From contig JASHRG010000007.1 of the NCBI GenBank assembly GCA_030037495.1, positions 22,718-86,717 of the forward strand: a stretch of 64,000 bases of DNA, given 5' to 3'. The position numbers and the translations under genes were made by a program. This stretch comes from Candidatus Micrarchaeota archaeon. Lineage in GTDB: Archaea > Micrarchaeota > Micrarchaeia > Micrarchaeales > Micrarchaeaceae. Shown piece after piece: positions 42,436 to 52,446 of this stretch. The notes beneath the pieces were generated by a model. The model had not been told where the DNA came from. It was given only the letters and a program-made list of their open reading frames with translations, and made no database searches. How positions within the stretch are numbered: the first letter of the stretch is position 1; the number at the start of each line of letters is the position of its first letter.

Positions 42436-43137
42436 ATGCCATTCATCAGTGTAGTCATACCAGCACTCAATGAAGAGAAGTACATAGCGAATGCGCTCTC
42501 TGGCCTAAAGAAGCAGAGCTTCAAGGATTTCGAAGTCATTGTCGCCGACGGGAACAGCACAGACAACACGAGGCAGATAGCAAAGAAGTACGGGGCAAAG
42601 GTCATCATAGAGAAGAGGAGGGGCATGGCAATGGGCAGGAACACTGGCGCGAAGCACGCCAAAGGTAAGATACTGGTATTCCTTGACGCGGACACTAAGC
42701 CATCAAGGGACCTGCTCAAGGTTTATTCGAGAGCTTTCGTCGAAGGCACAGTTGCAGCTACCGGCCCCATTCTGCCATTAGAAAAGGTGAAGGGTGACGT
42801 GAAGGCCGGTTATGAATTTGTTTCCATCTCCTTTGTGAAATTCAGCATACTTGTAGGGCAGCCCAACATAGTGGGCTCAAATTTTGCCGTGAAGAGGGAT
42901 GTATTTGAAAGAGTAGGCCGTTTCAACGGCAAACTCCAGACATATGAAGACTGGGACCTTTCTAATAAACTAAAGAAAGTAGGTCGTATAGTCTATCTGG
43001 ACAGGGCGCTGGTCTGGACCAGCGCACGAAGGGTGCTAGCCTGGGGGGTCTGGGGCTACTTCGTGTTCCATGTAGGGAACATGCTGAGATATTATCTGAT
43101 AAAAAAGCCAAAGGGCGAATACCCAGTAATAAGATAG
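42436..43137 (+). CDS. family 2 glycosyltransferase
   Basis: ISVVIPALNEEKYI, VADGNSTDNT, VFLDADT (DxD) and EDWDL motifs. Confidence 0.8.
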   Translation: MPFISVVIPALNEEKYIANALSGLKKQSFKDFEVIVADGNSTDNTRQIAKKYGAKVIIEKRRGMAMGRNTGAKHAKGKILVFLDADTKPSRDLLKVYSRAFVEGTVAATGPILPLEKVKGDVKAGYEFVSISFVKFSILVGQPNIVGSNFAVKRDVFERVGRFNGKLQTYEDWDLSNKLKKVGRIVYLDRALVWTSARRVLAWGVWGYFVFHVGNMLRYYLIKKPKGEYPVIR

Positions 43138-43869
43138 TCAGGCCTTCCTGGCTATTGTTGTGCACAGGAACCTGGTCACAGGAATCCTGCCATCAATGTT
43201 CCTAGTTAGCCCGGCGAGGCGCTGTTCCCTCCCGTCAAACACCTTTGTAAAGGTTATCTTCTCGTAGAACTGCTTGAGCACCTCTTCATCGCGGAAAAGC
43301 CACAGGTACCGCATTATGTTGCTCAGCACTATCTTAAAGCCAGCATTCCTGAGTGCAGTGTTAAGCGACTTTACAGTGCCAAATGAGTATTTCCCGGCTG
43401 CCACCTGGTCCATATCAGGGAACCTGCTTACAACCTCCTTGTGGTCGCCCTTCAGACTAGAAAGGAGTATGAAATAACCGCCCCTGTTGAGCAGCCTGTA
43501 CATCTCTTTGGCATCGAAGGGTGGGAACATTGCAGACACAACATCAAAACTGCCTGCCTGGAACCCTGTTTGCTTTGTAGAGTCCATCACGTGGAACTCC
43601 GCGTTCTTCATGCCTCTGGACTTCTCCCTACAGATTTCTATCATCTCAGGCCTTATGTCTACTCCAACAACCTTCCGGTACAGCTTGTCAAGTCCGTTTT
43701 CAAAGATCACCCTGCCGGTTCCAGTGCCTATATCGAGAAGCGAGTATTTCTGGTCTGCAAGGCTCTTCAAAGCCTCGCAGAATATGAGCTTGTAGTCTAT
43801 CTGCGGCTCCCACTGTATCCCTGTTATTTTCCTCTTCCAGTGGTCCATTATCAACTCTCTTTCGTCCAT
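43138..43869 (-). CDS. class I SAM-dependent methyltransferase
   Basis: Motif I LLDIGTGTGRV, followed by VVGVDIRPEM and FDVVSAMF. Confidence 0.75.
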   Translation of the reverse strand: MDERELIMDHWKRKITGIQWEPQIDYKLIFCEALKSLADQKYSLLDIGTGTGRVIFENGLDKLYRKVVGVDIRPEMIEICREKSRGMKNAEFHVMDSTKQTGFQAGSFDVVSAMFPPFDAKEMYRLLNRGGYFILLSSLKGDHKEVVSRFPDMDQVAAGKYSFGTVKSLNTALRNAGFKIVLSNIMRYLWLFRDEEVLKQFYEKITFTKVFDGREQRLAGLTRNIDGRIPVTRFLCTTIARKA

Positions 43870-43996
43870 TATCTAGACTTCGCTTTATTTCTATAAAAAG
43901 CTTGGCATTATAAAAATGCAAAATTTTAAATAAGGTGGCAACAGAATATAGATACACATATCTAGTTGTTACGGTAGAAGCTGCTTAAGTGAAACG

Positions 43997-45442
43997 ATGT
44001 CTGATCAACACTATGATATAATAGTCGCTGGGGCAGGCATGTCAGGGTCCCTAGCAGCGGCTGCAGCGGCCAGGGCTGGGCTAAACGTCCTGCTTCTTGA
44101 CAAGAACAACCCCGACGAGGTGGGCAAGAAGACCAACTGGGGCTGGGTGTGCGGCGATGCTGTTGCATCAACACACCTTGATTTTGTAAAGTCAAAGATA
44201 AGCATAAACTTTTCAAAACCAGAGCTGAACCTAAAGGTTGATGGCGTAATAGCATATTCTCCAGACATGGAATCGAAGTTCCTTTTCGACGGCGAAGGCT
44301 ATGTGCTTGACAGGCCTGAATTTGAAAGGAAGATAAGGGATTATTCAGTTAAATGCGGTGCCCACTACATGCCGCATTTCGATGTGGAGGGCCCGATTAT
44401 AGAGAACAATTATGTTGTAGGGGTATTCGGAAAGGACAAGGCGATGCAGCACATGGAATACAGGGCAAAGGTAGTGGTCGATGCGCTTGGCGTTGCCACG
44501 ACTCTAAGAAGGAGGCTCCCCGAGAACCCATATATAGACAGGGTTGTTGACGTTGACGACCTAGAGTCTACAGGCAGGTTCATCTATGACTGCGATGTTG
44601 AGGGAGAGGACCTTAGGTACTATGACCCTAAGAATGCGCTGATCCACCTAAATCAGCTTGTTTCCCCAGGGGGATATGGATGGGTATTCCCAAAAGAGGG
44701 CAAGGGCAGGGTGAACATAGGCATAGGCGTCCAGAAATCAAGCATAGAGATAAGGAACAAGAAGCTTGGCAAGAACGACAACCTGCACTCGCTCATGGAC
44801 GAGTATGTGAAGTCAAACCCCATACTAAAGAATCCAAAGCTGTTCGACAAGGACAAGAACGGCAAGGGCTACTGGTCTGTAGCAGTGAGAAGGAACCTCG
44901 AATGCCTTGTATTCAATGGATACATTGGGGCTGGGGACAGCATGGCAATGCCAAATCCAATAAGTGCAGGCGGCATAGGGCCAGCGCTTGTTGCTGGAGT
45001 GCTTGCTGGAGAATATGCTGCAAAGGCGGTTCACGCTAACGACATGAGCATAAATGGGCTGTGGGGGTACAACACTGCATTCAATGAGGCTTATGGCAAG
45101 AAAATGGCAGGAATGGAGGTGTTCAGGACATACCTGCAGTCGCTCAACAACGAGGTAATAAATTACGGGATGAAGAACTTCCTTTCAACGAATGAGGCAA
45201 TAGACCTGTGCTATGGAAGGACCCCTGACCTTAGCCTTGCAAGCAAGTTCAAGATGGTGCTAAAGGGTGCGTCAAACATAAGCGCGTTCGCAAACCTTGT
45301 ATATGCTGTCAAGCAGATGAAGAGGCTCAACGAGATGTACGCCAACTATCCAAAGACAATGGAAGCCTATCTCCCATGGCGCGCCCAGGTGGCCAAGGAG
45401 ATTGAAGACGTAAAGGAAAGGTTCAAGCCAAATCCAATATAA
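43997..45442 (+). CDS. geranylgeranyl reductase family flavoprotein (likely digeranylgeranylglycerophospholipid reductase)
   Basis: FAD-binding YDIIVAGAGMSGSLAAAAAARAGLNVLLLDK and GGYGWVFPK motifs. At 481 aa it is longer than the usual ~400 aa. Confidence 0.7.
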   Translation: MSDQHYDIIVAGAGMSGSLAAAAAARAGLNVLLLDKNNPDEVGKKTNWGWVCGDAVASTHLDFVKSKISINFSKPELNLKVDGVIAYSPDMESKFLFDGEGYVLDRPEFERKIRDYSVKCGAHYMPHFDVEGPIIENNYVVGVFGKDKAMQHMEYRAKVVVDALGVATTLRRRLPENPYIDRVVDVDDLESTGRFIYDCDVEGEDLRYYDPKNALIHLNQLVSPGGYGWVFPKEGKGRVNIGIGVQKSSIEIRNKKLGKNDNLHSLMDEYVKSNPILKNPKLFDKDKNGKGYWSVAVRRNLECLVFNGYIGAGDSMAMPNPISAGGIGPALVAGVLAGEYAAKAVHANDMSINGLWGYNTAFNEAYGKKMAGMEVFRTYLQSLNNEVINYGMKNFLSTNEAIDLCYGRTPDLSLASKFKMVLKGASNISAFANLVYAVKQMKRLNEMYANYPKTMEAYLPWRAQVAKEIEDVKERFKPNPI

Positions 45443-45448
45443 CATTTA

Positions 45449-45631
45449 GTGATGTTCATGACAGAAAAATATACAAAGTTTGAAAAAGCCAGGATTATCG
45501 GCGCACGTGCGCTGCAGCTTGCGTATGGGGCCCCGCCGCTGGTAAAGGTTCCAACAGGGACAATAAACCCTATCGACTTGGCGGAGCTTGAGTTCGAGAA
45601 AGGAGTAATACCGATAACCATACTGCACTGA
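45449..45631 (+). CDS. rpoK: DNA-directed RNA polymerase subunit K (Rpo6)
   Basis: TKFEKARIIGARALQLAYGAPPLV...INPIDLAELEFEKGVIP is the Rpb6/RpoK signature. Confidence 0.88.
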   Translation: MMFMTEKYTKFEKARIIGARALQLAYGAPPLVKVPTGTINPIDLAELEFEKGVIPITILH

Positions 45632-46414
45632 CTACCGCTTTTTCCTGAGCCCAGCTGCTGTGCCAAGGGGCTCGCCCCCAAGGCTGTAGACCTTCGAAAG
45701 TCCGTAATTGAAAATGTTGTTCCTGAAAAGCGGACTCAGATTTTCTTCAGCAACCTCATTTACTGGCGTCCCAACGATAAGGTCATTAAACGCAGGCAGG
45801 ACCACCAGTTTTATTTTCTTGTTAGCATCAGGGTATCTCTCAATTCCACGCTTTGCGCTGAAGCTTGAAACAAGCCACGCTTTTTGCGTGTAATAAGCGC
45901 CGTTCTTGTCCCGGAAGCTTATCGCAACATGGTTATGCCCGGCAATGAGGTACTTCTTCTTCATCGCATCATCAGACGGCCATTTGTGGCCATGCAGCAT
46001 TGCAAAGTCACCTACAATAAACTCATCAGCAGCATTGCAGTCAACTATCTCCTTTAGGTGTGGGTCATGGTTGCCCGTGGTCACCGTGACATCATAGTCC
46101 CGAAGCTCCCTGAAGAATTCCTTCACCTCTTCTCCCTCTACTTTCTCAGGGTAAAGAACAGTGTCCTTAACGTCTCCTAGCACAACTATACTCTTCGCTT
46201 CGAATTCTTGCGCAAGCCTCTTCAAGTTTTCAACCATGTGTTCCACTGTGTTGTAAAGTCTGACACCCTTACCCATAAGTCTCCTCTCTGCGCCTATATG
46301 GAGGTCTCCGACTACAAGGTAGTTCCTGCCCTCTGCCTCGACTACCACGGCAGCCTCGTTATACACAAAACGCATATGCTCCCTCATTTGCATCAAGTTA
46401 ATTAATGGTTCCAT
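45632..46414 (-). CDS. calcineurin-like metallophosphoesterase (COG1407-type)
   Basis: VVGDLHIG, VLGDVKD, GNHD and LHGH motifs. The ORF-track start 46462 overlaps the divergent S2P gene, so ATG 46414 is preferred. Confidence 0.7.
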   Translation of the reverse strand: MEPLINLMQMREHMRFVYNEAAVVVEAEGRNYLVVGDLHIGAERRLMGKGVRLYNTVEHMVENLKRLAQEFEAKSIVVLGDVKDTVLYPEKVEGEEVKEFFRELRDYDVTVTTGNHDPHLKEIVDCNAADEFIVGDFAMLHGHKWPSDDAMKKKYLIAGHNHVAISFRDKNGAYYTQKAWLVSSFSAKRGIERYPDANKKIKLVVLPAFNDLIVGTPVNEVAEENLSPLFRNNIFNYGLSKVYSLGGEPLGTAAGLRKKR

Positions 46415-46446
46415 GGTTAAATAGATAGTGCAAAGGCAGTGGTGGA

Positions 46447-47550
46447 ATGGCCGATCAGTCAATTGGGATAGGCAAGCTGTTTGGTATAGAGATAAAGCTG
46501 CACTGGACTTTCATAATGCTGCTGCTTCTCACACTGTTCTTGAGCACCCTGCCACCTCCATCACTGAGCCTATTCGCATTCATAGTGATACTATTTACGA
46601 TGGTCCTGCTCCACGAGTTGGCGCACTCTCTCGTGTCAAAGCACTACAAGATAGCAGTAAAGAAGATAATCCTTGTGCCTTTGGGAGGCATGTCAATAAT
46701 AGATTTCGAAGGAGTTGAGCCGAGGATTTTGGCTAGGATTGCAGCCGCAGGTCCAATTGCCAGCATAGTCCTGGCCATGGTGTTCGGCGCACTATACCTC
46801 TACCTGCCTGGTGGCGCGCTGGGAAGCTTCCTTGAACTTCTTTTCCTTATAAACGCGCTTCTTGGGATTGGCAACATACTGCCTGCGTTCCCCCTTGACG
46901 GAGGCAAGGTCTTGAAGAATTATTACGAAGAAAAATACGACCAACTAGAAGCTACGAAGAAGACAGTCAAGGTCAGCAAGGCCATACTCGTCCTTTACCT
47001 GGTATTTAGCACGGCTTATGTGATAGCCTTGCCAAACATAACTGCATCGACATTCCTCTTGCTAATGCTGTGGAACATAGTGATAGCGCTGTTTATATAT
47101 GGGGGTTCACGCTCTGAACTTGAATCAGCCTACGTTGCAAAGTACGCGGCAAAGCTGCTCGTGAAGAACGCTGTAACAAGGGACTGCATAGTCGTAAGGC
47201 CAAACACGACGCTCAAGCAGCTCTACTCAATACTTCTGAAGAAGGGCGCCAAGCCAGTGCTTTTCATTTCAAGGGGCGCAGCCTACATGGTTTCTGACCT
47301 CGCCTCGAGCCCAACGGCAAAGAAAGAAGAAAGGATACTATCAAGGAGGGTCTCTGAGTTTGCAACCGCAATACCAAAGATAGGCCTCAACGAGTCGCTT
47401 CCAAAGGCTATAGACAGGATGGGATACGAGGAAAGCGGAGTAATGGCGGTTATAGGCAACAACAAGATAATGGGCATGCTCCTTGCAAGCCACGTCGAAG
47501 CCATCATAGCGCTGCACATGCGCAGCAGCAAAGTGGACTACCGGAATTAA
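46447..47550 (+). CDS. site-2 protease (peptidase M50) with C-terminal CBS pair
   Basis: HELAHSLV (HExxH), NILPAFPLDGG (LDG motif), and a CBS-like C-terminus. Confidence 0.75.
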   Translation: MADQSIGIGKLFGIEIKLHWTFIMLLLLTLFLSTLPPPSLSLFAFIVILFTMVLLHELAHSLVSKHYKIAVKKIILVPLGGMSIIDFEGVEPRILARIAAAGPIASIVLAMVFGALYLYLPGGALGSFLELLFLINALLGIGNILPAFPLDGGKVLKNYYEEKYDQLEATKKTVKVSKAILVLYLVFSTAYVIALPNITASTFLLLMLWNIVIALFIYGGSRSELESAYVAKYAAKLLVKNAVTRDCIVVRPNTTLKQLYSILLKKGAKPVLFISRGAAYMVSDLASSPTAKKEERILSRRVSEFATAIPKIGLNESLPKAIDRMGYEESGVMAVIGNNKIMGMLLASHVEAIIALHMRSSKVDYRN

Positions 47551-47603
47551 CAAAAGTAATAAATACATACCCTAAGCAGTATTTACGGCGACACGGTGTA
47601 CTG

Positions 47604-50600
47604 ATGCTTTACCTAGACGAAGTAGTAATACACAACTTCAAGTCATTCAAGCATTCAGTGATAAAGTTCAACCAGGGATTCAATTGCATAGTCGGACCAA
47701 ACGGTTCAGGCAAATCAAACATATGCGATTCGCTCCTTTTCGCCCTGGGCGAAATGTCCCTGAGGAGAATGAGGGTCAGCTCCTCAACACAGTTGATAAA
47801 TTCATCGACGAAAGCTGCAAAGGGCGAGGTAAGAAGGGCTTATGTGAGGCTGAAGTTTACAGGAGACAAGGAGCTTGAGATTACAAGATCTATAAAATCC
47901 AACAAGAAGGTTTCCTACAGGCTTAATGGAGAGAGGACTACAAGGCAGGATGTAATAGAAGTGCTTCGCGAGTTCAATGGCCAGATAAACGAAACAAACA
48001 CGATGACACAAGGAGAGATCACCTACTTACTGAACCTGAATTCAAAGGAGCGAAGGGAAATGATTGATATTGCAGCAGGGATCAAAGAGTTCAATGACAA
48101 GAGGGATCTTTCCCTTAAAGAGCTGGAAAAAGTGGAACAGAAGCTCAACGAGGCTAAGCTGCTCCTGAGCGAGAGAATGGGCTTCCTGAGCGATCTTGAG
48201 AAAGAGAAGATTGATGCCGAGAAGTACACCGCGCTTACTATGGAGATCAGGCAGCTGAGCTACACCCTGCTCAAGATGCGCGAGACCGACACAGACTCAA
48301 AGTACGCCGAATCCGCCGCACAGATGAAGGAGAAGGTTGCTGCTAGGCAGAAGCTGGAGAAGAGGCTTGGCGAACTCGGGCTTGAGATATCTGGATTGCT
48401 GAACGACAAGGACAGGATATCAAAAGGCCTGAACGCAAAGTCGGCAGAAGTTGGTTCAACAAACAAGATACTCGAAGAAGTAAACAAGAACATAGCGATA
48501 AACGCAACGCAGCTGGCTTCCCACAACGAGGCTGCAAAGTCTGCCAAGGAGAAGGCAGGCACGCTCAGGGTCGACCAGAAGAACCTCAGGGCAAAAGAGA
48601 AGGAGAATGCAGAGCAGATAAAGAAGCTCACGTTTGAGCTCGAGATAAAGGTCAAGGATGCACCAGATTTCTCCGCCCCAGGGCAGGAAGACAGCGAAGT
48701 AGGGACGCTGACCGAAAGATACAACTCCAATTACAAGAAGGTGGAGGAGCTTGAGACAAAACTGCTTGGCCTGTCATCGGATTTCGCGAAATTCAGCTCC
48801 GAGCACGAATCGGTAAACAGGGAGGTGCTTGAAAACCACAGGCTAATGAATGAACACGGAGCAAAGAGGTCAACTCTCACATCTAACATAAAGTCCAGCA
48901 AGGAGGCACTCGCAAGCCTCGAGAAAAGCAAGAGCGAAGTCGAGAAGGACCTGAAGAAAGAGGGAGATGCGCTTGTTTCGCTCCAGGCAAGGCTTGACCA
49001 GATATATGTAGAAAACGTCAACCTAAGGGAGGCTCTCGTAGCTTCAGGGAAGAGCGAATCAGGCAAGGGCGCCGAGATGATGGCAAAAGAGCTAGGCAAG
49101 GGCTTCTACGGAAGGGTTCAGGACCTGTGCAGCTATGATGACAAGTACGCTGTGGCAGTGCAGTCAGCAGCCGGAGGCAGGTTCAATTATTTTGTAGTTG
49201 ACAGTATTGACACGGCAAGCAAAGCTATAGAGCTCCTGAAGTCAAAGAAGCAGGGCCGGGCATCGTTCATACCAATAAAGGAAGTAGAGGCAAGGCAGGC
49301 AAAGCCGCAACCTGGATTAAAGCCGCTCCTGGATTGCCTGAAATTCGACAAGAAATATGAAAGAGCATTCTCGTTCATATTCGCAAACACCTACCTTGTT
49401 AACAATATCAGGGAGGCGCAGAAGATAGGCATAGGTTCCTGCAGATTCGTTACTGTAGAAGGAGACCTCGTAGAGCCATCTGGAATCGTATCTGGAGGCA
49501 GCATAAAGGCAATACAGCCAACCGGATCGATAGAAAACAAGCTCAAGAAGCTTGAAGCAGAAAACAAGGAAACAAGGGAGAAAATATCAGAGACAAATGC
49601 AACGCTAGAGATGATAAAGAAGAAGATTGCCAATTACCTGAACGAGATAATGAACTATGACATAGAGCTAAAGCACGCGCTTGCTGCTGAGGACGATGTA
49701 AACAGGAACCTTGACCACCTTGAGACAAAGGTAAAGGCACAGGAGGCAGCGGGCAAGGGCCTTAAGGACAGACTCGATGTGGCAAGGGCAGAGAGGGAAC
49801 GGACAGAGACATCAATAAGGCTGTTAAAGGACGAGAACACTAAGCTCAGAGCAACGATAGACGGGATAGTCTCCGTAAAGTCGAAGGGCCACAGGTCAAA
49901 GGCTGAGGAGGCAAAGCTCCAGGCTGCCCGCGAAGAGGTTGAGAAGCTCAAGATAAGCATAGCATCAACTACAAAGGAGAACGATATGCTCAAGGCCAGG
50001 TCGGAAGAGCTGGAAAAAGAGATAGCGAGCGAGGAGACGCTGCTCCACAGCGCAAACGACAGGATAGCCCGGCTCGAAAAGGAGAGCGTGAGCCTAGTCA
50101 AGCAAAAGGCAGAGCTGCAGACTGCGCTGGAAGGCCACGACAAGAAGACATCAGGCATGTTCAAGGAGCTTCAGGCGCTGGAAGACAAGGCAAACATGTG
50201 CGGCAACGAGAGGGGGAAACTGTCAAACGAGGCAGAGAAGCTTAGCAGGGAACTCATAGAGCTCGAGGGGAAAAAGGCGCAGCTCCAGACCAGGCTCAAC
50301 GACATACGCGCTGAGTTGGTATCGTACTCTAATGTCGAGGCGCTGAAAGGGGCGAACGTCGAAGAGCTGGACAAGAAGCTGATAATAGCGAGGAACGAGC
50401 AGGAGAAGCTCGGGGCCGTAAACATGAAGGCACCGGAAGTATACGAGCTCAAGAAAAAGGATGTAGAGGAATCGCAGAAGAAGATGGAAATACTTGAGAG
50501 CGAAAAGACATCAATAATGTCAATGATAGAGCAGATAGAAATGAAGAAGCTCGGCGTGTTCACGGACACGTTCAATTCTGTGAATGAAAACTTCAAGCAA

Positions 50601-50999
50601 CTCTACGGCCACGTCTTTGATGGAGAAACTTACCTATATCTAAAAAATCCAAAGGATCCATTCAACTCCGGGCTCGAGATAAGCGTGGAACTGAACGGCA
50701 AGAAGCGCAACCACGAGGAGCTCTCAGGCGGCCAGAAGTCGCTCATTGCGCTTATGCTCGTTTTTGCAATACAGATGAGGATGCCGATGTCATTCTACAT
50801 ATTTGACGAGATAGACATAGCGCTTGACAAGGAGAACTCAAAGAAGCTGTCAACGCTCATGAAGGAGCTGAGCCACAAGTCCCAGTTCATAGTGGTTAGC
50901 CACAACGACTCGCTGATAACGGCTGCTGATACTGCAATAGGGGTGGTGAACAGGGCAAACGAGTCCCAGGTAGTCGGAGTTCAGCTAGCAAGCAAATAA
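47604..50999 (+). CDS. smc: chromosome segregation protein SMC
   Basis: Walker A GPNGSGKSN, two long coiled coils flanking a hinge (GRVQDLCSYDDKYAVAVQSAAGGRF), signature LSGGQKSL, Walker B FYIFDEID. Confidence 0.92.
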   Translation: MLYLDEVVIHNFKSFKHSVIKFNQGFNCIVGPNGSGKSNICDSLLFALGEMSLRRMRVSSSTQLINSSTKAAKGEVRRAYVRLKFTGDKELEITRSIKSNKKVSYRLNGERTTRQDVIEVLREFNGQINETNTMTQGEITYLLNLNSKERREMIDIAAGIKEFNDKRDLSLKELEKVEQKLNEAKLLLSERMGFLSDLEKEKIDAEKYTALTMEIRQLSYTLLKMRETDTDSKYAESAAQMKEKVAARQKLEKRLGELGLEISGLLNDKDRISKGLNAKSAEVGSTNKILEEVNKNIAINATQLASHNEAAKSAKEKAGTLRVDQKNLRAKEKENAEQIKKLTFELEIKVKDAPDFSAPGQEDSEVGTLTERYNSNYKKVEELETKLLGLSSDFAKFSSEHESVNREVLENHRLMNEHGAKRSTLTSNIKSSKEALASLEKSKSEVEKDLKKEGDALVSLQARLDQIYVENVNLREALVASGKSESGKGAEMMAKELGKGFYGRVQDLCSYDDKYAVAVQSAAGGRFNYFVVDSIDTASKAIELLKSKKQGRASFIPIKEVEARQAKPQPGLKPLLDCLKFDKKYERAFSFIFANTYLVNNIREAQKIGIGSCRFVTVEGDLVEPSGIVSGGSIKAIQPTGSIENKLKKLEAENKETREKISETNATLEMIKKKIANYLNEIMNYDIELKHALAAEDDVNRNLDHLETKVKAQEAAGKGLKDRLDVARAERERTETSIRLLKDENTKLRATIDGIVSVKSKGHRSKAEEAKLQAAREEVEKLKISIASTTKENDMLKARSEELEKEIASEETLLHSANDRIARLEKESVSLVKQKAELQTALEGHDKKTSGMFKELQALEDKANMCGNERGKLSNEAEKLSRELIELEGKKAQLQTRLNDIRAELVSYSNVEALKGANVEELDKKLIIARNEQEKLGAVNMKAPEVYELKKKDVEESQKKMEILESEKTSIMSMIEQIEMKKLGVFTDTFNSVNENFKQLYGHVFDGETYLYLKNPKDPFNSGLEISVELNGKKRNHEELSGGQKSLIALMLVFAIQMRMPMSFYIFDEIDIALDKENSKKLSTLMKELSHKSQFIVVSHNDSLITAADTAIGVVNRANESQVVGVQLASK

Positions 51000-51030
51000 A
51001 TAAGCCTGTCTTGTATCTATTACTGGTGTT

Positions 51031-52035
51031 TTGTTGCCGAAGAAACATGGTAGAAAGCGCGCAAAGGGAAAGCAACCAATAAACACAACACCTTTCTACA
51101 TAGCCCTAATAATAGTTTTTATTGCTTACTTCATTTTACAGGGCAACCCAGCATTCGCCATAGTCCTGGGCGCACTGATATTCTTCCTGATAGTCACCAT
51201 ACTTGCAGTTGAGATTTCGAATGGGTTCAAGGAAGAAGGATTCCAAAAGAATGTTACCGAGATAATAATAGCAGTCGTGGTGGTACTGGTCATATGGTTT
51301 ATACTCAGGGCCGCGCTCAATACTGCGAACCCGCTCGATGTCGTGCCAAGCTGCAGCATGCTACCTGCGCTGCAAAGGGGCGATATGATACTGCTGCAGG
51401 GCGCAAACCAGAACAACATTGTTGCGCCAACCGTGAATGTGAGCGTGAGCGCCTGGAACGCATCGTTCAGCAGCATCAACACAGAGGCTCTGCAATGCGT
51501 TGCTTATAACCAAACCGGAAACAGCGCCAAGATATCCCAGTTCGTCAGCAGTGGCTACAGGATCGGCCTCCTTGAAACCACGCCGCAGGGGCCAGCCATA
51601 GTCCCGCCAACCGCGCAGTCCGGCTCATTGATCAAGTACACGTGCGGCATAACAAACGTGAAATTCCAGAATGGCACCGTAGAGCAAGAGGCCACCACCA
51701 CAGCAATAACGATAGGCAACACAACGATAACCGGTGACAGGAACAACAGCATTGTAGTTTATGGAACAACCCCACAGGACGACTTCTACAAGCTGGGCGA
51801 CAGCTACATAGTCCACAGGGCATATGCGATAGTGAATGTGAGCGGCAATTACTATGTATTGACAAAGGGCGACAACAACCCTGGGCTCGACATACAGTAC
51901 CTTAACGCGCCCCCCAACCTTAGCCAGGTTAGCGGCAAGGTCATAGGAAGTCTTCCATACATAGGCTACGTAAAGCTGATCCTTAGCAACAACTTCGTTG
52001 AGCCCACCGGATGCAACTATACCACGCAGAACTAG
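51031..52035 (+). CDS. signal peptidase I (Sec11/S26B type) with extra N-terminal TM segments and a ~130-aa insertion
   Basis: VPSCSMLPALQRGDMILL (catalytic Ser), HRAYAIV (His), TKGDNNPGLD. 334 aa versus ~180-200 typical. Confidence 0.7.
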   Translation: MLPKKHGRKRAKGKQPINTTPFYIALIIVFIAYFILQGNPAFAIVLGALIFFLIVTILAVEISNGFKEEGFQKNVTEIIIAVVVVLVIWFILRAALNTANPLDVVPSCSMLPALQRGDMILLQGANQNNIVAPTVNVSVSAWNASFSSINTEALQCVAYNQTGNSAKISQFVSSGYRIGLLETTPQGPAIVPPTAQSGSLIKYTCGITNVKFQNGTVEQEATTTAITIGNTTITGDRNNSIVVYGTTPQDDFYKLGDSYIVHRAYAIVNVSGNYYVLTKGDNNPGLDIQYLNAPPNLSQVSGKVIGSLPYIGYVKLILSNNFVEPTGCNYTTQN

Positions 52036-52140
52036 GCTTCCGCCGGAGCGAATACTTATATATACTTTTCCGTCATAAATACTCTTGAGTTTCCTCAGCC
52101 AGAATTTTCAATCTTCTGCTTAGGTTTCTAGTTGTTTTGC

Positions 52141-52437
52141 ATGGCAGATTTGGCAAACAATATACGCTTAGCTGTGGACAGCGGCAAGGTAGCCCTTGGC
52201 ATGAACAAGGTCATGGACTCGATGAAGGAGAACAAGGCCAAGCTCATAGTAATCGCGTCGAAGAACAGGAATGACATACTGCAGGACATCAGACACGCAT
52301 CGAAAATATCAAATACCAAGACAGTAATATTTGAAGGCGACTCAATGGAACTTGGTGCCGTATGCGGGAAACCGTATTCTGTGTCTGCGCTTTCCGTGAT
52401 AGAGGAGGGCCACTCAAAGATACTTGAGGAATCATAA
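52141..52437 (+). CDS. rpl30e: 50S ribosomal protein L30e (eL30)
   Basis: MADLANNIRLAVDSGKVALGMNKVMDSMKENKAKLIVIASKN matches eL30, and the gene precedes S12-S7-EF2. Confidence 0.88.
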   Translation: MADLANNIRLAVDSGKVALGMNKVMDSMKENKAKLIVIASKNRNDILQDIRHASKISNTKTVIFEGDSMELGAVCGKPYSVSALSVIEEGHSKILEES

Positions 52438-52446
52438 GGTGAATCA

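Noticed and set aside
48023-50596. A series of Ser/Phe/Leu-rich minus-strand ORFs inside smc.
   Set aside because: They are the reverse complement of the Glu/Lys/Leu-rich coiled-coil codons (GAA/AAG/GAG) of SMC and are not independent genes.
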